Shown: positions 30,009 to 39,656 of the stretch, piece by piece
Layout of the letters: each line of letters begins with the position of its first letter
Numbering within the stretch: the first letter of the stretch is position 1
NCBI GenBank assembly: GCA_013823725.1
Contig: PNMQ01000004.1
Location: forward strand, 33,569 to 97,568
From: Candidatus Pelagibacter sp.
GTDB taxonomy: Bacteria; Pseudomonadota; Alphaproteobacteria; Paracaedibacterales; CAIOTO01
Direction: 5' to 3'
Length of the DNA stretch: 64,000 nucleotides
Made by a program: the position numbers and the translations under genes
The notes under the pieces: generated by a model
Databases searched by the model: none
Told to the model about the DNA's origin: nothing
What the model saw: the letters and a program-made list of their open reading frames with translations, nothing else

Positions 30009-30320
30009 ATGTTTGCAATAGTTAAAACTGGCGGAAAGCAATACCGCGTAAAAGAAAACGACATCCTTAAAGCAGAAAAAATTGAAGCTGAAGTTGGAAC
30101 GATTGTACAACTCAGTGACATTTTGGCTTTGCACGACGGTGAAAGTTTAAAAATTGATGCGTCAGAACTTAAAGGTGTCGTCGTTGAAGCAACAGTCGTT
30201 GCCCAAGCAAGAGCGCCAAAAGTCATTATCTTTAAGAAAAAAAGACGCCAAAACTACAGACGTAAAAAAGGTCATAGACAACCTATGACAATCTTGCGTA
30301 TTGTTTCTATTAAGAATTAA
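30009..30320 (+). CDS. rplU: 50S ribosomal protein L21
   Basis: The MFAIVKTGGKQYRV N-terminus and a basic C-terminal RRKKGHRQ. Confidence 0.95.
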   Translation: MFAIVKTGGKQYRVKENDILKAEKIEAEVGTIVQLSDILALHDGESLKIDASELKGVVVEATVVAQARAPKVIIFKKKRRQNYRRKKGHRQPMTILRIVSIKN

Positions 30321-30354
30321 GAATTAGTAATTAGAATTTTAAGGAGTATTCGTC

Positions 30355-30609
30355 ATGGCAACAAAAAAAGGCGGTGGTAGTACACGTAACGGTAGAGATT
30401 CTGAAGGCAGAAGACTTGGCGTTAAAAAGTACGGCAGCGAAAGTGTTATTTCCGGAAATATTCTTGTTCGTCAAAGAGGAACAAAATTTTTTGCCGGAAC
30501 AAACGTTGGAATGGGTAAAGACCATACATTGTTTGCAACTGCAGAAGGAACTGTTTTATTCCATAAAGGAAAATTCAACAGAACATTCGTTTCTGTAATC
30601 GTTGCTTAA
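30355..30609 (+). CDS. rpmA: 50S ribosomal protein L27
   Basis: [26 protein letters not shown]...[12 protein letters not shown]. Confidence 0.95.
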   Translation: MATKKGGGSTRNGRDSEGRRLGVKKYGSESVISGNILVRQRGTKFFAGTNVGMGKDHTLFATAEGTVLFHKGKFNRTFVSVIVA

Positions 30610-30627
30610 AAAATATATCAGGTTTAG

Positions 30628-31368
30628 ATGGATCCACTAAGTCAATTTCAAATCAAGACTCTATGGACTTTTAAACCTTTTTCTTTTTTAGATCTATCAA
30701 TAACTAATTTAACAATTACATTGGTAGGTCTAGGACTTTTAGTTTGTTTTACAGGTCACTTAGTGGCAAAACAAAAAAAACTAGTACCTAATAAAATTTT
30801 CACAGTTTTTGAACTTTTTTATAATTTCGTAGCATCCGTCATCAAAGAACAGACTCATCAGGATCCACGAAAATACATCCCATTTGTCATAACTATTTTC
30901 ACATTTATTCTTCTAGGAAATGCACTAGGTGTTATTCCGTTCTTGTTTGCAGTAAACAGTCAAATTTCAATCACAACAACGCTATCACTGCTGGTTTTTT
31001 TCTACGTTGTATTCCTTGGAATAAAAGCGAAACAAATAAAATTTTTTAGAGATTTTATACCCAAGGATGTACCAATAGCCATATTGCCTCTAGTAGTTGT
31101 GATCGAACTTATTTCATATTTAGTTCGTCCAGCAACCTTAAGCATGAGGTTATGCATCAACATGATGGCAGGTCACATCATGATAAAGGCGATAGCATCC
31201 ATGGCTTCCATGCTACCCATACAAGCCACAACCATACCAGCTATCATACTGATATGTTTTTTTAACGTCGGATTATTATGTTTTGAATTCCTAGTCAGTG
31301 GTCTTCAGGCATACATTTTTTTGATTTTAACTTGTAACTACATTGGCGATGCTATAAACTCACATTAA
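30628..31368 (+). CDS. atpB: F0F1 ATP synthase subunit a
   Basis: Polytopic membrane protein with the conserved Arg block LSMRLCINMMAGH. Followed by the subunit c and b genes. Confidence 0.9.
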   Translation: MDPLSQFQIKTLWTFKPFSFLDLSITNLTITLVGLGLLVCFTGHLVAKQKKLVPNKIFTVFELFYNFVASVIKEQTHQDPRKYIPFVITIFTFILLGNALGVIPFLFAVNSQISITTTLSLLVFFYVVFLGIKAKQIKFFRDFIPKDVPIAILPLVVVIELISYLVRPATLSMRLCINMMAGHIMIKAIASMASMLPIQATTIPAIILICFFNVGLLCFEFLVSGLQAYIFLILTCNYIGDAINSH

Positions 31369-31387
31369 TGAATTTAGGAGAAGACAT

Positions 31388-31618
31388 ATGGATATAATTG
31401 CATATAAATACATTGCAGGAGCATTAGTTATGCTTCCTCTTTTAGGAATTGGTATTGGACTTGGAAATTTCTTATCAACTTATGTTTCCTCAATTGCAAG
31501 AAACCCAGACATCAAAGAAGAATTAAGCGGCAAAGTTTTATTGTATGCAGCCTTAATTGAATTTTTGGCACTGCTTTGCTTCCTTGTTGCCATCTTTATA
31601 TTCTTTGTGATCAAATAA
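31388..31618 (+). CDS. atpE: F0F1 ATP synthase subunit c
   Basis: A 76-aa helical hairpin with an ARNP polar loop and a membrane carboxylate in ALIEFLAL. Confidence 0.85.
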   Translation: MDIIAYKYIAGALVMLPLLGIGIGLGNFLSTYVSSIARNPDIKEELSGKVLLYAALIEFLALLCFLVAIFIFFVIK

Positions 31619-31630
31619 GATCTTGCTCAA

Positions 31631-32107
31631 ATGCCTCAGTTTGACACATCTAGTTTTCAATCTTCTATAACGTGGCTGTTGATTGTTTTATATACCACTT
31701 ATTCTTTTTATAAGTACTATGTAATTCCTAATTTTTTACGAAATATCAATAAAAGAAATGAATACATTCAGTCTTTTATTGATAAAGAAAGAAAAATTCA
31801 ATTTCAGCGACGTGAGTTATTTAGAACACATCAAGACCTCATCCAACATACTAAAAAACAGTGTGAGACTGATTTTCTAGACATGGAAACAAAATTAACC
31901 TATAAAAGCAAAACCAAAATAAGCAACTACCACCAACAGCTTATCGAGAAATATCAAACTGAGGAACGAATTTATAAACGGCAATTTGACTCTCTTGAAA
32001 AAAACATTGCCACCAAAGGCGAAGAAATTGCAAAAGAAGTTGTTGAGACTTTTAATCAATTGTCCTATCAAGCATTACCTACAACCAACCCTTCCAATAA
32101 AGAATAG
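31631..32107 (+). CDS. atpF2: F0F1 ATP synthase subunit b-prime
   Basis: One N-terminal TM helix and a long charged helix. It is the first of two consecutive b-type genes after atpE, the alphaproteobacterial arrangement. Confidence 0.6.
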   Translation: MPQFDTSSFQSSITWLLIVLYTTYSFYKYYVIPNFLRNINKRNEYIQSFIDKERKIQFQRRELFRTHQDLIQHTKKQCETDFLDMETKLTYKSKTKISNYHQQLIEKYQTEERIYKRQFDSLEKNIATKGEEIAKEVVETFNQLSYQALPTTNPSNKE

Positions 32108-32112
32108 CGCTC

Positions 32113-32622
32113 ATGTATATACAGCCCATTTTTTATGTGTTAATCAGCTTTATAATCATTGTACTTTATGCTCTAAAAAAACATTTTTTTGGGTTAAATC
32201 AATTTTTAAATAATCAAAAAAAAATTATTGAGTCCAACATTGAAACTGCGCAACAAAATTATAAAAATGCCCAAGAAGCCTTGAATGAAGCTATGGAGCT
32301 AGATAAACAAAAACAGTTTGAAGTTGATTCCATAAAAAAATTGTGGGCAGATAGAATTCAGTTGCTTGTTGATGAAGTGGCTAAAATCGAAAACAAGCAA
32401 ATTCAATTTAAAAATAATCACCATAAAAAAATGATATCTTCACTTCAAGATGAATTTAATAAAAAAGTAAATTCTGCTGTTGTTAATGCAGTGTTCACGA
32501 AACTACAAGAAGAAATAAGTCACGTAAATGACACCGTCAATCAGAATATAACCAATCAAGTCTCTCAAAAAATATTTAGCGCTGATTGCTCCTTACTGGA
32601 TAATTTTTTTAGTTATGACTAA
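32113..32622 (+). CDS. atpF: F0F1 ATP synthase subunit b
   Basis: One N-terminal TM helix and a long charged coiled coil. It is the second b-type gene. Confidence 0.65.
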   Translation: MYIQPIFYVLISFIIIVLYALKKHFFGLNQFLNNQKKIIESNIETAQQNYKNAQEALNEAMELDKQKQFEVDSIKKLWADRIQLLVDEVAKIENKQIQFKNNHHKKMISSLQDEFNKKVNSAVVNAVFTKLQEEISHVNDTVNQNITNQVSQKIFSADCSLLDNFFSYD

Positions 32623-32905
32623 AAATATCGATCGCAGCCTTGCATGCACACAAATTAAAATTCTTGTAGAAAGACATTTTAATAATGCTGAATGTATTGT
32701 TCGAGATGTATCGGAAGCACATGCACATCATCAATCAAAAAGATCTTTAATTCGAGATACTGATACACCAACCCACATTCAAATAACGGTTAAAACAACA
32801 GCTAGCATTAATAAATCTAGAGTAGAAAGAGATAGAGAAATCTATATTCTTTTAGATCCATTTTTTCAAAAGGGTCTTCATTCTGCTGAAATAAAATTCA
32901 TATAA
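32615..32905 (+). CDS. BolA-family protein
   Basis: 96 aa. ECIVRDVSEAHAHH...THIQITVKT...SRVERDREIYILL...GLHSAEIKF follows the BolA pattern (xVxDxSxxHxxH...H.x.x.V....RxxRHRxVYxxL...IHALxI). Overlaps the atpF stop by 8 nt. Confidence 0.55.
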   Translation: MTKNIDRSLACTQIKILVERHFNNAECIVRDVSEAHAHHQSKRSLIRDTDTPTHIQITVKTTASINKSRVERDREIYILLDPFFQKGLHSAEIKFI

Positions 32906-32923
32906 TTTTTTAAAGGGTCGTCA

Positions 32924-34279
32924 ATGGAAAATTCACAAACACTCGGAATTGTCCTCGCTGCAGGTAAAAGCAAAAGAATGAAATCAAAAAAATCAAAGCT
33001 TCTATTTGATTTGGCTGGAAATCCTGTTATTAAACATGTTGTTCAAAAATTATTTGATTTTTGCTGTGATCACGTCATCGTGGTCACCTCCCCTGATTTA
33101 GAAGATGATATGAAATCCTTCGGCTTTGATACTATCGTTCAGCACGAAGCCAAAGGAACAGGAAATGCCGTCCTTGCAGCCCTTTCTTATCTTCAGCAAA
33201 ACAGACAGTTTGATAATATTGTTATTATGTGTGGGGATGCACCTCTTTTTAAACCTGAAACGTTAACTCATCTCAGTCAATCTCGTTCACTATTTTCAAT
33301 GCTTATCTCTAAACTAGATAAAGAAGATATAGACTTACCTTATGGAAGAGTTGAAATTGCAGAAGCTGCACAAGAAAGTATGTACAGAGAAGCAAAAGCC
33401 ATCATTGAATATAAAGATGCAACAGATCTTCAAAGACAAATTATATGGATGAATTCTGGTGTATACAAAATTAAAAGCGAACTTCTCCTTGATCTTGTCC
33501 CCAAAATACAACCCAGTGCACAGACTGGGGAATATTATTTAACAGAGATCGTTAGTATGGCGGCTTCTCAGAATATCAGACCGATCGTCATAGAATGCCC
33601 TTTTAATGAAACCATTGGTTTTAACACACGAATTGAATTTGAAAGGGTTTCACATCTTTATCAAAAAGACCTTCAAGACAGCTTGAGACAACTTGGGGTT
33701 ACGTTTTTACAGCCTGACACAATACATCTTAGCTTTGACACTAAAATTGGCCAAGATACTACCATTGAAGGTAATGTTGTTATTGGACCAGGTGTTATCA
33801 TTGAAGATGATGTACGCATTAAAAGCTTTAGCTACGTAGAACATTCAACTATTAATCATGGTGCTACCATTGGTCCTTTTGCCCATATTCGCGGTCAAAC
33901 AACTATTGGTGCAAATGCCGTAATCGGCAACTTTGTTGAACTAAAAAATTCAATAATTTCAGAAAAGACCAAAATTAAACATCTCAGCTATTTAGGTGAT
34001 TGTACTGTTGGTGCACAAAGCAATATTGGTGCGGGTGTCATTACAGCTAACTATGACGGTTTTGCTAAATACAAAACACACATCGGCGAACGTGTAAGTG
34101 TAGGCGCCAATACCGTTCTTGTCGCACCGATCAACATTGGCTGTGATGCCATGACAGGTGCAGGTTCAACTATCACTAAAGATATCGCAGCAGGTGATTT
34201 AGCAATATCACGCACTAAACAAGATAATAAAACTCAGTGGGCTATAAAATTTAAAAGCTCTAAAACTAAAAACAGCTAA
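32924..34279 (+). CDS. glmU: Bifunctional UDP-N-acetylglucosamine pyrophosphorylase / glucosamine-1-phosphate N-acetyltransferase
   Basis: The LAAGKSKRMKS nucleotidyltransferase N-terminus and a C-terminal run of hexapeptide repeats (IGPGVIIEDDVRI..., IGANAVIGNFVEL..., IGAGVITANYDG). Confidence 0.9.
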   Translation: MENSQTLGIVLAAGKSKRMKSKKSKLLFDLAGNPVIKHVVQKLFDFCCDHVIVVTSPDLEDDMKSFGFDTIVQHEAKGTGNAVLAALSYLQQNRQFDNIVIMCGDAPLFKPETLTHLSQSRSLFSMLISKLDKEDIDLPYGRVEIAEAAQESMYREAKAIIEYKDATDLQRQIIWMNSGVYKIKSELLLDLVPKIQPSAQTGEYYLTEIVSMAASQNIRPIVIECPFNETIGFNTRIEFERVSHLYQKDLQDSLRQLGVTFLQPDTIHLSFDTKIGQDTTIEGNVVIGPGVIIEDDVRIKSFSYVEHSTINHGATIGPFAHIRGQTTIGANAVIGNFVELKNSIISEKTKIKHLSYLGDCTVGAQSNIGAGVITANYDGFAKYKTHIGERVSVGANTVLVAPINIGCDAMTGAGSTITKDIAAGDLAISRTKQDNKTQWAIKFKSSKTKNS

Positions 34280-34833
34280 AACCAGTAGAATACTATATAA
34301 ATAGTTGCTGCAGCCATAACTGCAGCGATAATATCATCTAACATAATGGATAATGACTGAAATCTTTCTTGGCTACTCATCCAAGTTTCAACTGCATGGA
34401 TCGGCCAAGGTTTCAAAATATCGTAAATTCGAAACAGAATAAATGATGCAAAAATTAATACCGTAGACTGAACATGTCCCAGCACTGATAAACAAATCGC
34501 TTTACCAAAAAAAACAAGGCTTACCGTAAGTAAAAAACCCGAGACCTCATCGATTACGATCCAAGAAGGATCATATTTTTTTTTATCACTTCTGGCGAGT
34601 AACGATTGCCTATCCTCTATTCTGAATTTTTCCAAGATATTGAAACAAAGCCACCAACCCCAAAAAAATGTAATAATTGATGCTGCCAACACTATCAAAT
34701 CAAAACGTAATGTAAATTTGAACGATGTCCAGTAAAGAATATATAACAGCGGCATTACACCTAATGTTCCCCACGTTCCAGGCATTTTAGGCAAATAACC
34801 AAGACCAAACCAAGATGCAAAAAATGGTGTCAT
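34276..34833 (-). CDS. pgpA: Phosphatidylglycerophosphatase A
   Basis: FGLGYLPKMPGTWGTL and the IVIDEVSG motif in a ~185-aa membrane protein. Confidence 0.7.
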   Translation of the reverse strand: MTPFFASWFGLGYLPKMPGTWGTLGVMPLLYILYWTSFKFTLRFDLIVLAASIITFFWGWWLCFNILEKFRIEDRQSLLARSDKKKYDPSWIVIDEVSGFLLTVSLVFFGKAICLSVLGHVQSTVLIFASFILFRIYDILKPWPIHAVETWMSSQERFQSLSIMLDDIIAAVMAAATIYIVFYWF

Positions 34834-36152
34834 TACACTATTCCAAAAGCTTTGAATATTTCATAGGTTAAAAAAATCACACTTAAGAATAGCAAAAAAT
34901 AAATGTATGCATTTGGAAAAAACATTCTATATTGAATCACTATAGAAGGGTTTTTTCGCGCTTTAAGACACATAAGACAAGGAATAATTCCAAAAAGAAG
35001 AATAGCAAATGTCCCGCCAGCAATACCCAAAGCATTTAAAAATATCCCAGGAAAAAAACATGTGACAATAACACACACTGCAAAATAGAAAAATGAAATA
35101 ATTTTTCGTGAAAATTTTAATTTTGGCGCCTTTTTAATATCGCTTACAAAATCAACCACACTAACCCCTTGACCAAAAATGGATGTAATAATCGCAGCAA
35201 AAGAAAAGACCTGAGCCCAAAAGCTTAAGTTATGCATAACCACATTATTTTTTGTTCTAATAACGTGGGTTAGAATATCCGTAATAATTTGTCCTTTTTG
35301 AAAGTATGTAGCAAATTCAGCTTTTGAATGTGCAGGGATAACACCTAAGACACAATTGTTCCAAATCAAATAAACGATAAATGGGATAAATGCACCGATA
35401 ACAATTGATTGAACTGTATTGCTTGAAAAAGCGTCTTTATCTTGTGATCTAAAATACTTTAAAACAGATGGAATCATATTATGAAAACCAAACGCAATAA
35501 CCATAAATGGCACCATCAACGGAAAAGTCCCCCAATCGGATCGCGCTAAATTTTGAGAATCAAATGCTGGATACGAAATTCCTATAAGAATCATAAAGGC
35601 AACAACTAAAACAGCAACACCTAAACGATTCCACAAATCAATACGTTCGTAAATTTGACAGATTATAGAATGGCTGAATATACCCAACATAATGGGCCCC
35701 ATGTAATTTGAATAGATTGGATTTAAAATGAAAGAACTCAGATCGATTTTAAATACTAAAAAAAAGTTGTGAATAAAATTTAAAAATAAATCCCCGCCTT
35801 TGCTAAGGTATGCAACCATAACGCAAGAAAACAAACCTAGAAAACAAAATATAACCCAGTTTTTAGCTGTTTTCCCCAACAGATTTTCTACCGTATCTAT
35901 GAGATTAATTTGATAATTGCTTGTACTATTTTTCGTAGCATTTATAGTTGAAAGGCATTCAAATAAAATAAGCCCCGTAGATAGCATGTATACCCAAGAA
36001 ACCACATAAGCTGCCAAAGAAACCCACAGACCTCCTTCTCCTGTTACTGTTGGCAATGCCAGCATTCCTGCCCCAATAGTTCCACCAGCAATTAAAAAAA
36101 TAGATCCCCAAAAAGAACCCGTCAAGGATTTCTGTTTTAATTTTTGTTGCAT
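34833..36152 (-). CDS. Aromatic amino acid permease (HAAAP family, TyrP/Mtr/TnaB-like)
   Basis: GSIFLIAGGTIGAGMLALP is the hallmark N-terminus of TyrP/Mtr/TnaB. About 11 TM helices. Confidence 0.75.
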   Translation of the reverse strand: MQQKLKQKSLTGSFWGSIFLIAGGTIGAGMLALPTVTGEGGLWVSLAAYVVSWVYMLSTGLILFECLSTINATKNSTSNYQINLIDTVENLLGKTAKNWVIFCFLGLFSCVMVAYLSKGGDLFLNFIHNFFLVFKIDLSSFILNPIYSNYMGPIMLGIFSHSIICQIYERIDLWNRLGVAVLVVAFMILIGISYPAFDSQNLARSDWGTFPLMVPFMVIAFGFHNMIPSVLKYFRSQDKDAFSSNTVQSIVIGAFIPFIVYLIWNNCVLGVIPAHSKAEFATYFQKGQIITDILTHVIRTKNNVVMHNLSFWAQVFSFAAIITSIFGQGVSVVDFVSDIKKAPKLKFSRKIISFFYFAVCVIVTCFFPGIFLNALGIAGGTFAILLFGIIPCLMCLKARKNPSIVIQYRMFFPNAYIYFLLFLSVIFLTYEIFKAFGIV

Positions 36153-36177
36153 ATGTATCCTCTAGTATTGTATGTCT

Positions 36178-38127
36178 TTATGGCTGAGACACTTTGCATG
36201 CGCCACCAATAGATTTGCAAAATGATTTAGCTGCATTCAGGTTAGAAAACTTCAAATGAACCAAAAGTCGATAAACTTTTTGACCAGAGTTTAATACTGT
36301 TTGTCTGATTTCTATTTCCTGCGTGAATAATTTTTGATATTTTTTTTGCAATCTTTTCTTTTCAGATGATGCTTTTTTAGATGACCCCAACGTTCCTAAT
36401 TGAATCAAAAAGGGCAACTTTTTCTGCACATTTTTTTCAATTTTTTTCTGAGTTGAAACAGATAAATTTTGTTCCTCATTTTGTCTAAGATTCTGAATAG
36501 CTTCATCTACATTTGGAGCAGGTTCAGGTTGGTACGTTTGAGCCAATGGAGCTGGACTATTTTGCAAAATAGAAGGTTGTCCTTCTTGGGTAAGAACATT
36601 TTGCTGCGCATAATCTGAAGAACTTTGAGGTGCAACAGGAATAGGATCTTCTATTTCATCTTCGTCTTCAAAATGAAGGGGATCTATTGTTTCTTCATTG
36701 CTTTCAAGTACGTTTTCGCCCTCTAATGGTAAGGATCCATGAGGCATCAGACGATCGTAGATAACATTATCTTTGTGAATATCTGTATATTGCACCTTAT
36801 CATTTGAAATCTTATAAGGGCCTTTTGCGGCTTTTATTATTGGTATTCCTGAAGAATCTGAAGGTCTTAAATACCAATACACACCTGCACCAAAAAGACT
36901 AGAACATAAAAAACCTAATCCTATCCATAATATTTTTCGAATTAAAGTCTTTGATATAAATGGATTAGATAATTTTTCGTTTAACGCATGTTGTTCTCTT
37001 TTGCCACCTACATCTTTATTGGCATTATCGTGTTGTAAACTTTGTGATGTGAAATCACGCGAAGGCATTGCGCGTTCTTGGGTCTCGTAATCATATTGAT
37101 CGTTACTCTGCTGTGATTTTGGCAACAAATTCATACTGCTACGATGTGGCATGAAGTATTCTGGAACATATTTATCTTCACGAAACAGTCTATTATTTAT
37201 CCTCGTTTCATTATAGTGAGGGTCAGATAATGGCGATTCACGATAATGCAAAGCATTTCGATGAATTTCGTCCATCCGTCTCGACTGATTTAAATACGGA
37301 TCTACTGGTGGTGGGTTGTAATATTGGTGAGGTCCCAAAACAGGTGCATCTTCGTAAGCATTATAATTTTTCGAAGATCCGTAATAATTATGATCCGAAA
37401 AAGGTTGAGTGGAATTTTCATAATGGTTGTGCTGAGAAATATATTCAGCATGACTATTTCTAGGCTGGGCATCACTATAGGTTGGTTCTACATAATATCT
37501 TTCATGCGAAATGTGTTCTATTGGTTGAGCAGGGACCCGATCATATTGAGCAAGACGTTCATTTAAACCGATAGATGTATCATGCGGCTCGTGAATAGGA
37601 CTTCGCCTATGCTGAGATACTGAAGGTTGAGGTGGATAATCATATCTTTGTCGTTGTGTCGATTGCTCTGCTCTTGGTACAGATGTTTGCTCGTACCTTA
37701 AGTTATGTGCACTAACTTGCTGTTTTGAATTCTCATCATACCTATCTTCATATTGCTCTTCAAAAGACGAATTTGATGAGCCTCGAAAAGAAGGAATAGG
37801 ATTGGATTTCTTAGAATTAATTTCCATAGAAGCAGAAGGAAAATCATCTAGCTCTCTTTGCGTAGATGGGGGGACCTTTAGCTGTTGCTTATCATAATTT
37901 GACTTTAAATATGGAGTTTGCTGAGGTTCATTCTGGAAGCTATCTCTACCACCCCTCAAACCTTGAGTATGCGATTTTTGATTTCTCAAAAATTGATCAT
38001 CTAACAAGGAATGATGATTTTGATTTTCCATATCTTCATGGTCATCACTACCATCAAAATAGGACTTTCTTTTTTTCTTATTAAACAAAAAATCTAAACC
38101 AGACATTATATTTGTATTATGAATCAA
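36178..38127 (-). CDS. SPOR-domain protein with a very long low-complexity N-terminal region
   Basis: C-terminal SPOR pattern FLIQLGTLGSSKKASSEKKRL...QKVYRLLVHLKFSNLNAAKSFCKSIGGACKV. A single TM helix (ILWIGLGFLCSSLFGAGVYWYL). About 390 aa of Q/Y/N/P/H/S-rich sequence precede it. Confidence 0.7.
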   Translation of the reverse strand: MIHNTNIMSGLDFLFNKKKRKSYFDGSDDHEDMENQNHHSLLDDQFLRNQKSHTQGLRGGRDSFQNEPQQTPYLKSNYDKQQLKVPPSTQRELDDFPSASMEINSKKSNPIPSFRGSSNSSFEEQYEDRYDENSKQQVSAHNLRYEQTSVPRAEQSTQRQRYDYPPQPSVSQHRRSPIHEPHDTSIGLNERLAQYDRVPAQPIEHISHERYYVEPTYSDAQPRNSHAEYISQHNHYENSTQPFSDHNYYGSSKNYNAYEDAPVLGPHQYYNPPPVDPYLNQSRRMDEIHRNALHYRESPLSDPHYNETRINNRLFREDKYVPEYFMPHRSSMNLLPKSQQSNDQYDYETQERAMPSRDFTSQSLQHDNANKDVGGKREQHALNEKLSNPFISKTLIRKILWIGLGFLCSSLFGAGVYWYLRPSDSSGIPIIKAAKGPYKISNDKVQYTDIHKDNVIYDRLMPHGSLPLEGENVLESNEETIDPLHFEDEDEIEDPIPVAPQSSSDYAQQNVLTQEGQPSILQNSPAPLAQTYQPEPAPNVDEAIQNLRQNEEQNLSVSTQKKIEKNVQKKLPFLIQLGTLGSSKKASSEKKRLQKKYQKLFTQEIEIRQTVLNSGQKVYRLLVHLKFSNLNAAKSFCKSIGGACKVSQP

Positions 38128-38265
38128 TAAATTATTTTTTTATAGTATATGAGAATACGATGCTGTTTGAAAGCGATATTCATAAATACTATAAAATTGA
38201 TACCTAAAATATTTTATTTAAGGGTATGTTTATCGATAATCAATTTAAAGCAATCCCCGAAATGG

Positions 38266-39177
38266 CTATTTTTGAGTTTGAAAAAAGTCGTCGCTCATAA
38301 GATTATCAACGATGTCTTGCTTCAGAGCATTTTGAGGTAGCTGAGGGCCATACAATTTATTGCCGTCAATACTCATTTTTGGTGATGGAAAATCATTTGA
38401 TTTATCATCTTTTTTCACATACATGTAAATTTTCAAAATTATTTTATTAATATGATCAAATGTTCTTAAAACAACACGAATACGCTGACCCACAAGATCT
38501 TGAAAAGAACATGCTTCAAAAATATTGGCAATCTTAGTCTTCAACTCTTTCTGATCAACAGCTTCAATTTCACCGCACATTTTTTCCAGTGACTCCGCAC
38601 TATTCAAAATGCGATGAGTAGATTGTTCAGCAAACTGAATAACCTCTTCAAGTTCTTTAAAAGAAAAATTCAGCAGTTTAGATTCAACTTGAGGGTTATC
38701 TTCTTGAAGTAATTCAGATTTTAATTTCTTTAAAATATTTATCACTTTACAAATTTGGTTTATTTTTTCAGAACCCATATCTACTGATAAAGGATGTCCT
38801 TCATGCGAAGAATATTCAGCGAAAATTTGATTAAGCAGTAACTCAACATCATTTAAAATTTGACTGACTTTTTTTATTCTTTGCCCTGTTAAATCCTGAA
38901 ATATACAGTTCTCATAAATCTTAGTAATTGCTTCTTGTACTTTTGAAAATGAATTATTCAGTTTTGACTTTTGAAAAAATTGATTAATCTCTTCAGCATT
39001 ATCAAGAATTCGATTCGTGGCATCTACCATACTTTGAACAATAACGTCTAATTGTTCCTGAGTTTCAGAAAATATAAATAAATTATTCCGAAAACATCCC
39101 AGATCTTGTAAATCTGAACGCGCACAATCTAAATATTTTGAAAATTCTTCTAACTGGAGTATCGCTGCATGATCCAT
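38266..39177 (-). CDS. CheZ-like CheY-P phosphatase with internally duplicated catalytic hairpin
   Basis: Two copies of the CheZ active-site motif: FQDLTGQRI (aa 93-101, nt 38875-38901) and FQDLVGQRI (aa 225-233, nt 38479-38505). Each is preceded by a similar helix (ATNRILDNAEEI vs STHRILNSAESL). The C-terminal QDIVDNLMSDDFF resembles the CheY-binding tail of CheZ. It sits directly after cheY. Confidence 0.6.
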   Translation of the reverse strand: MDHAAILQLEEFSKYLDCARSDLQDLGCFRNNLFIFSETQEQLDVIVQSMVDATNRILDNAEEINQFFQKSKLNNSFSKVQEAITKIYENCIFQDLTGQRIKKVSQILNDVELLLNQIFAEYSSHEGHPLSVDMGSEKINQICKVINILKKLKSELLQEDNPQVESKLLNFSFKELEEVIQFAEQSTHRILNSAESLEKMCGEIEAVDQKELKTKIANIFEACSFQDLVGQRIRVVLRTFDHINKIILKIYMYVKKDDKSNDFPSPKMSIDGNKLYGPQLPQNALKQDIVDNLMSDDFFQTQK

Positions 39178-39180
39178 TTA

Positions 39181-39570
39181 TTAAATTTCCCCTACCACGC
39201 TCACAAGTTTCAATCGTAAAGTTTCAGCATTAAAAGGTTTTACAATATAATTTGTTACGCCAGCTTGTTTCGCAGCTATAACATTTTCTGTTTTACTTTC
39301 GGCTGTAACCATAATAAAGGGAATGTGTTTCAGGTTTGGATTCGCTCTCACTGCTTTTAACAGCTCCATCCCGTTCATAGGCTCCATATTCCAATCAGAA
39401 ATTATTAAGTCATATTTATTATGCTTTAATAGCTCTAGAGCTTCACCACCATCCAAAGCTTCATCTATATTTTCAAATTTTAGCTGCCTTAAAAGATTAC
39501 CAATAATACGAAGCATTGTTTTATAATCATCAACTATTAATACTCTAAATTTTTTAAGATCTATAGACAT
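39181..39570 (-). CDS. cheY: Chemotaxis response regulator CheY
   Basis: Single receiver domain of 129 aa. LIVDDYKTM (acidic pocket), LIISDWNMEPMNG (phospho-Asp), MVTAES and the YIVKPF Lys. Confidence 0.85.
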   Translation of the reverse strand: MSIDLKKFRVLIVDDYKTMLRIIGNLLRQLKFENIDEALDGGEALELLKHNKYDLIISDWNMEPMNGMELLKAVRANPNLKHIPFIMVTAESKTENVIAAKQAGVTNYIVKPFNAETLRLKLVSVVGEI

Positions 39571-39656
39571 GGCATAAACATTATAATTAACTATGCCTTT
39601 ATAATATTCATAAATAAACTAACAAAACGTAAAGTATTGATGAAAATTTTATTTCA

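Noticed and set aside
29590-30598. Short ORFs 29590..29790, 29978..30226, 30331..30525 and 30374..30598 around fliQ, rplU and rpmA
   Set aside because: They overlap fliQ, rplU or rpmA in other frames or strands. The ribosomal and FliQ frames are unambiguous.
37230-38084. Plus-strand ORFs (77, 80 and 72 aa) antisense to the SPOR-protein gene
   Set aside because: Low-complexity coding sequence generates long antisense ORFs. There is no independent support.
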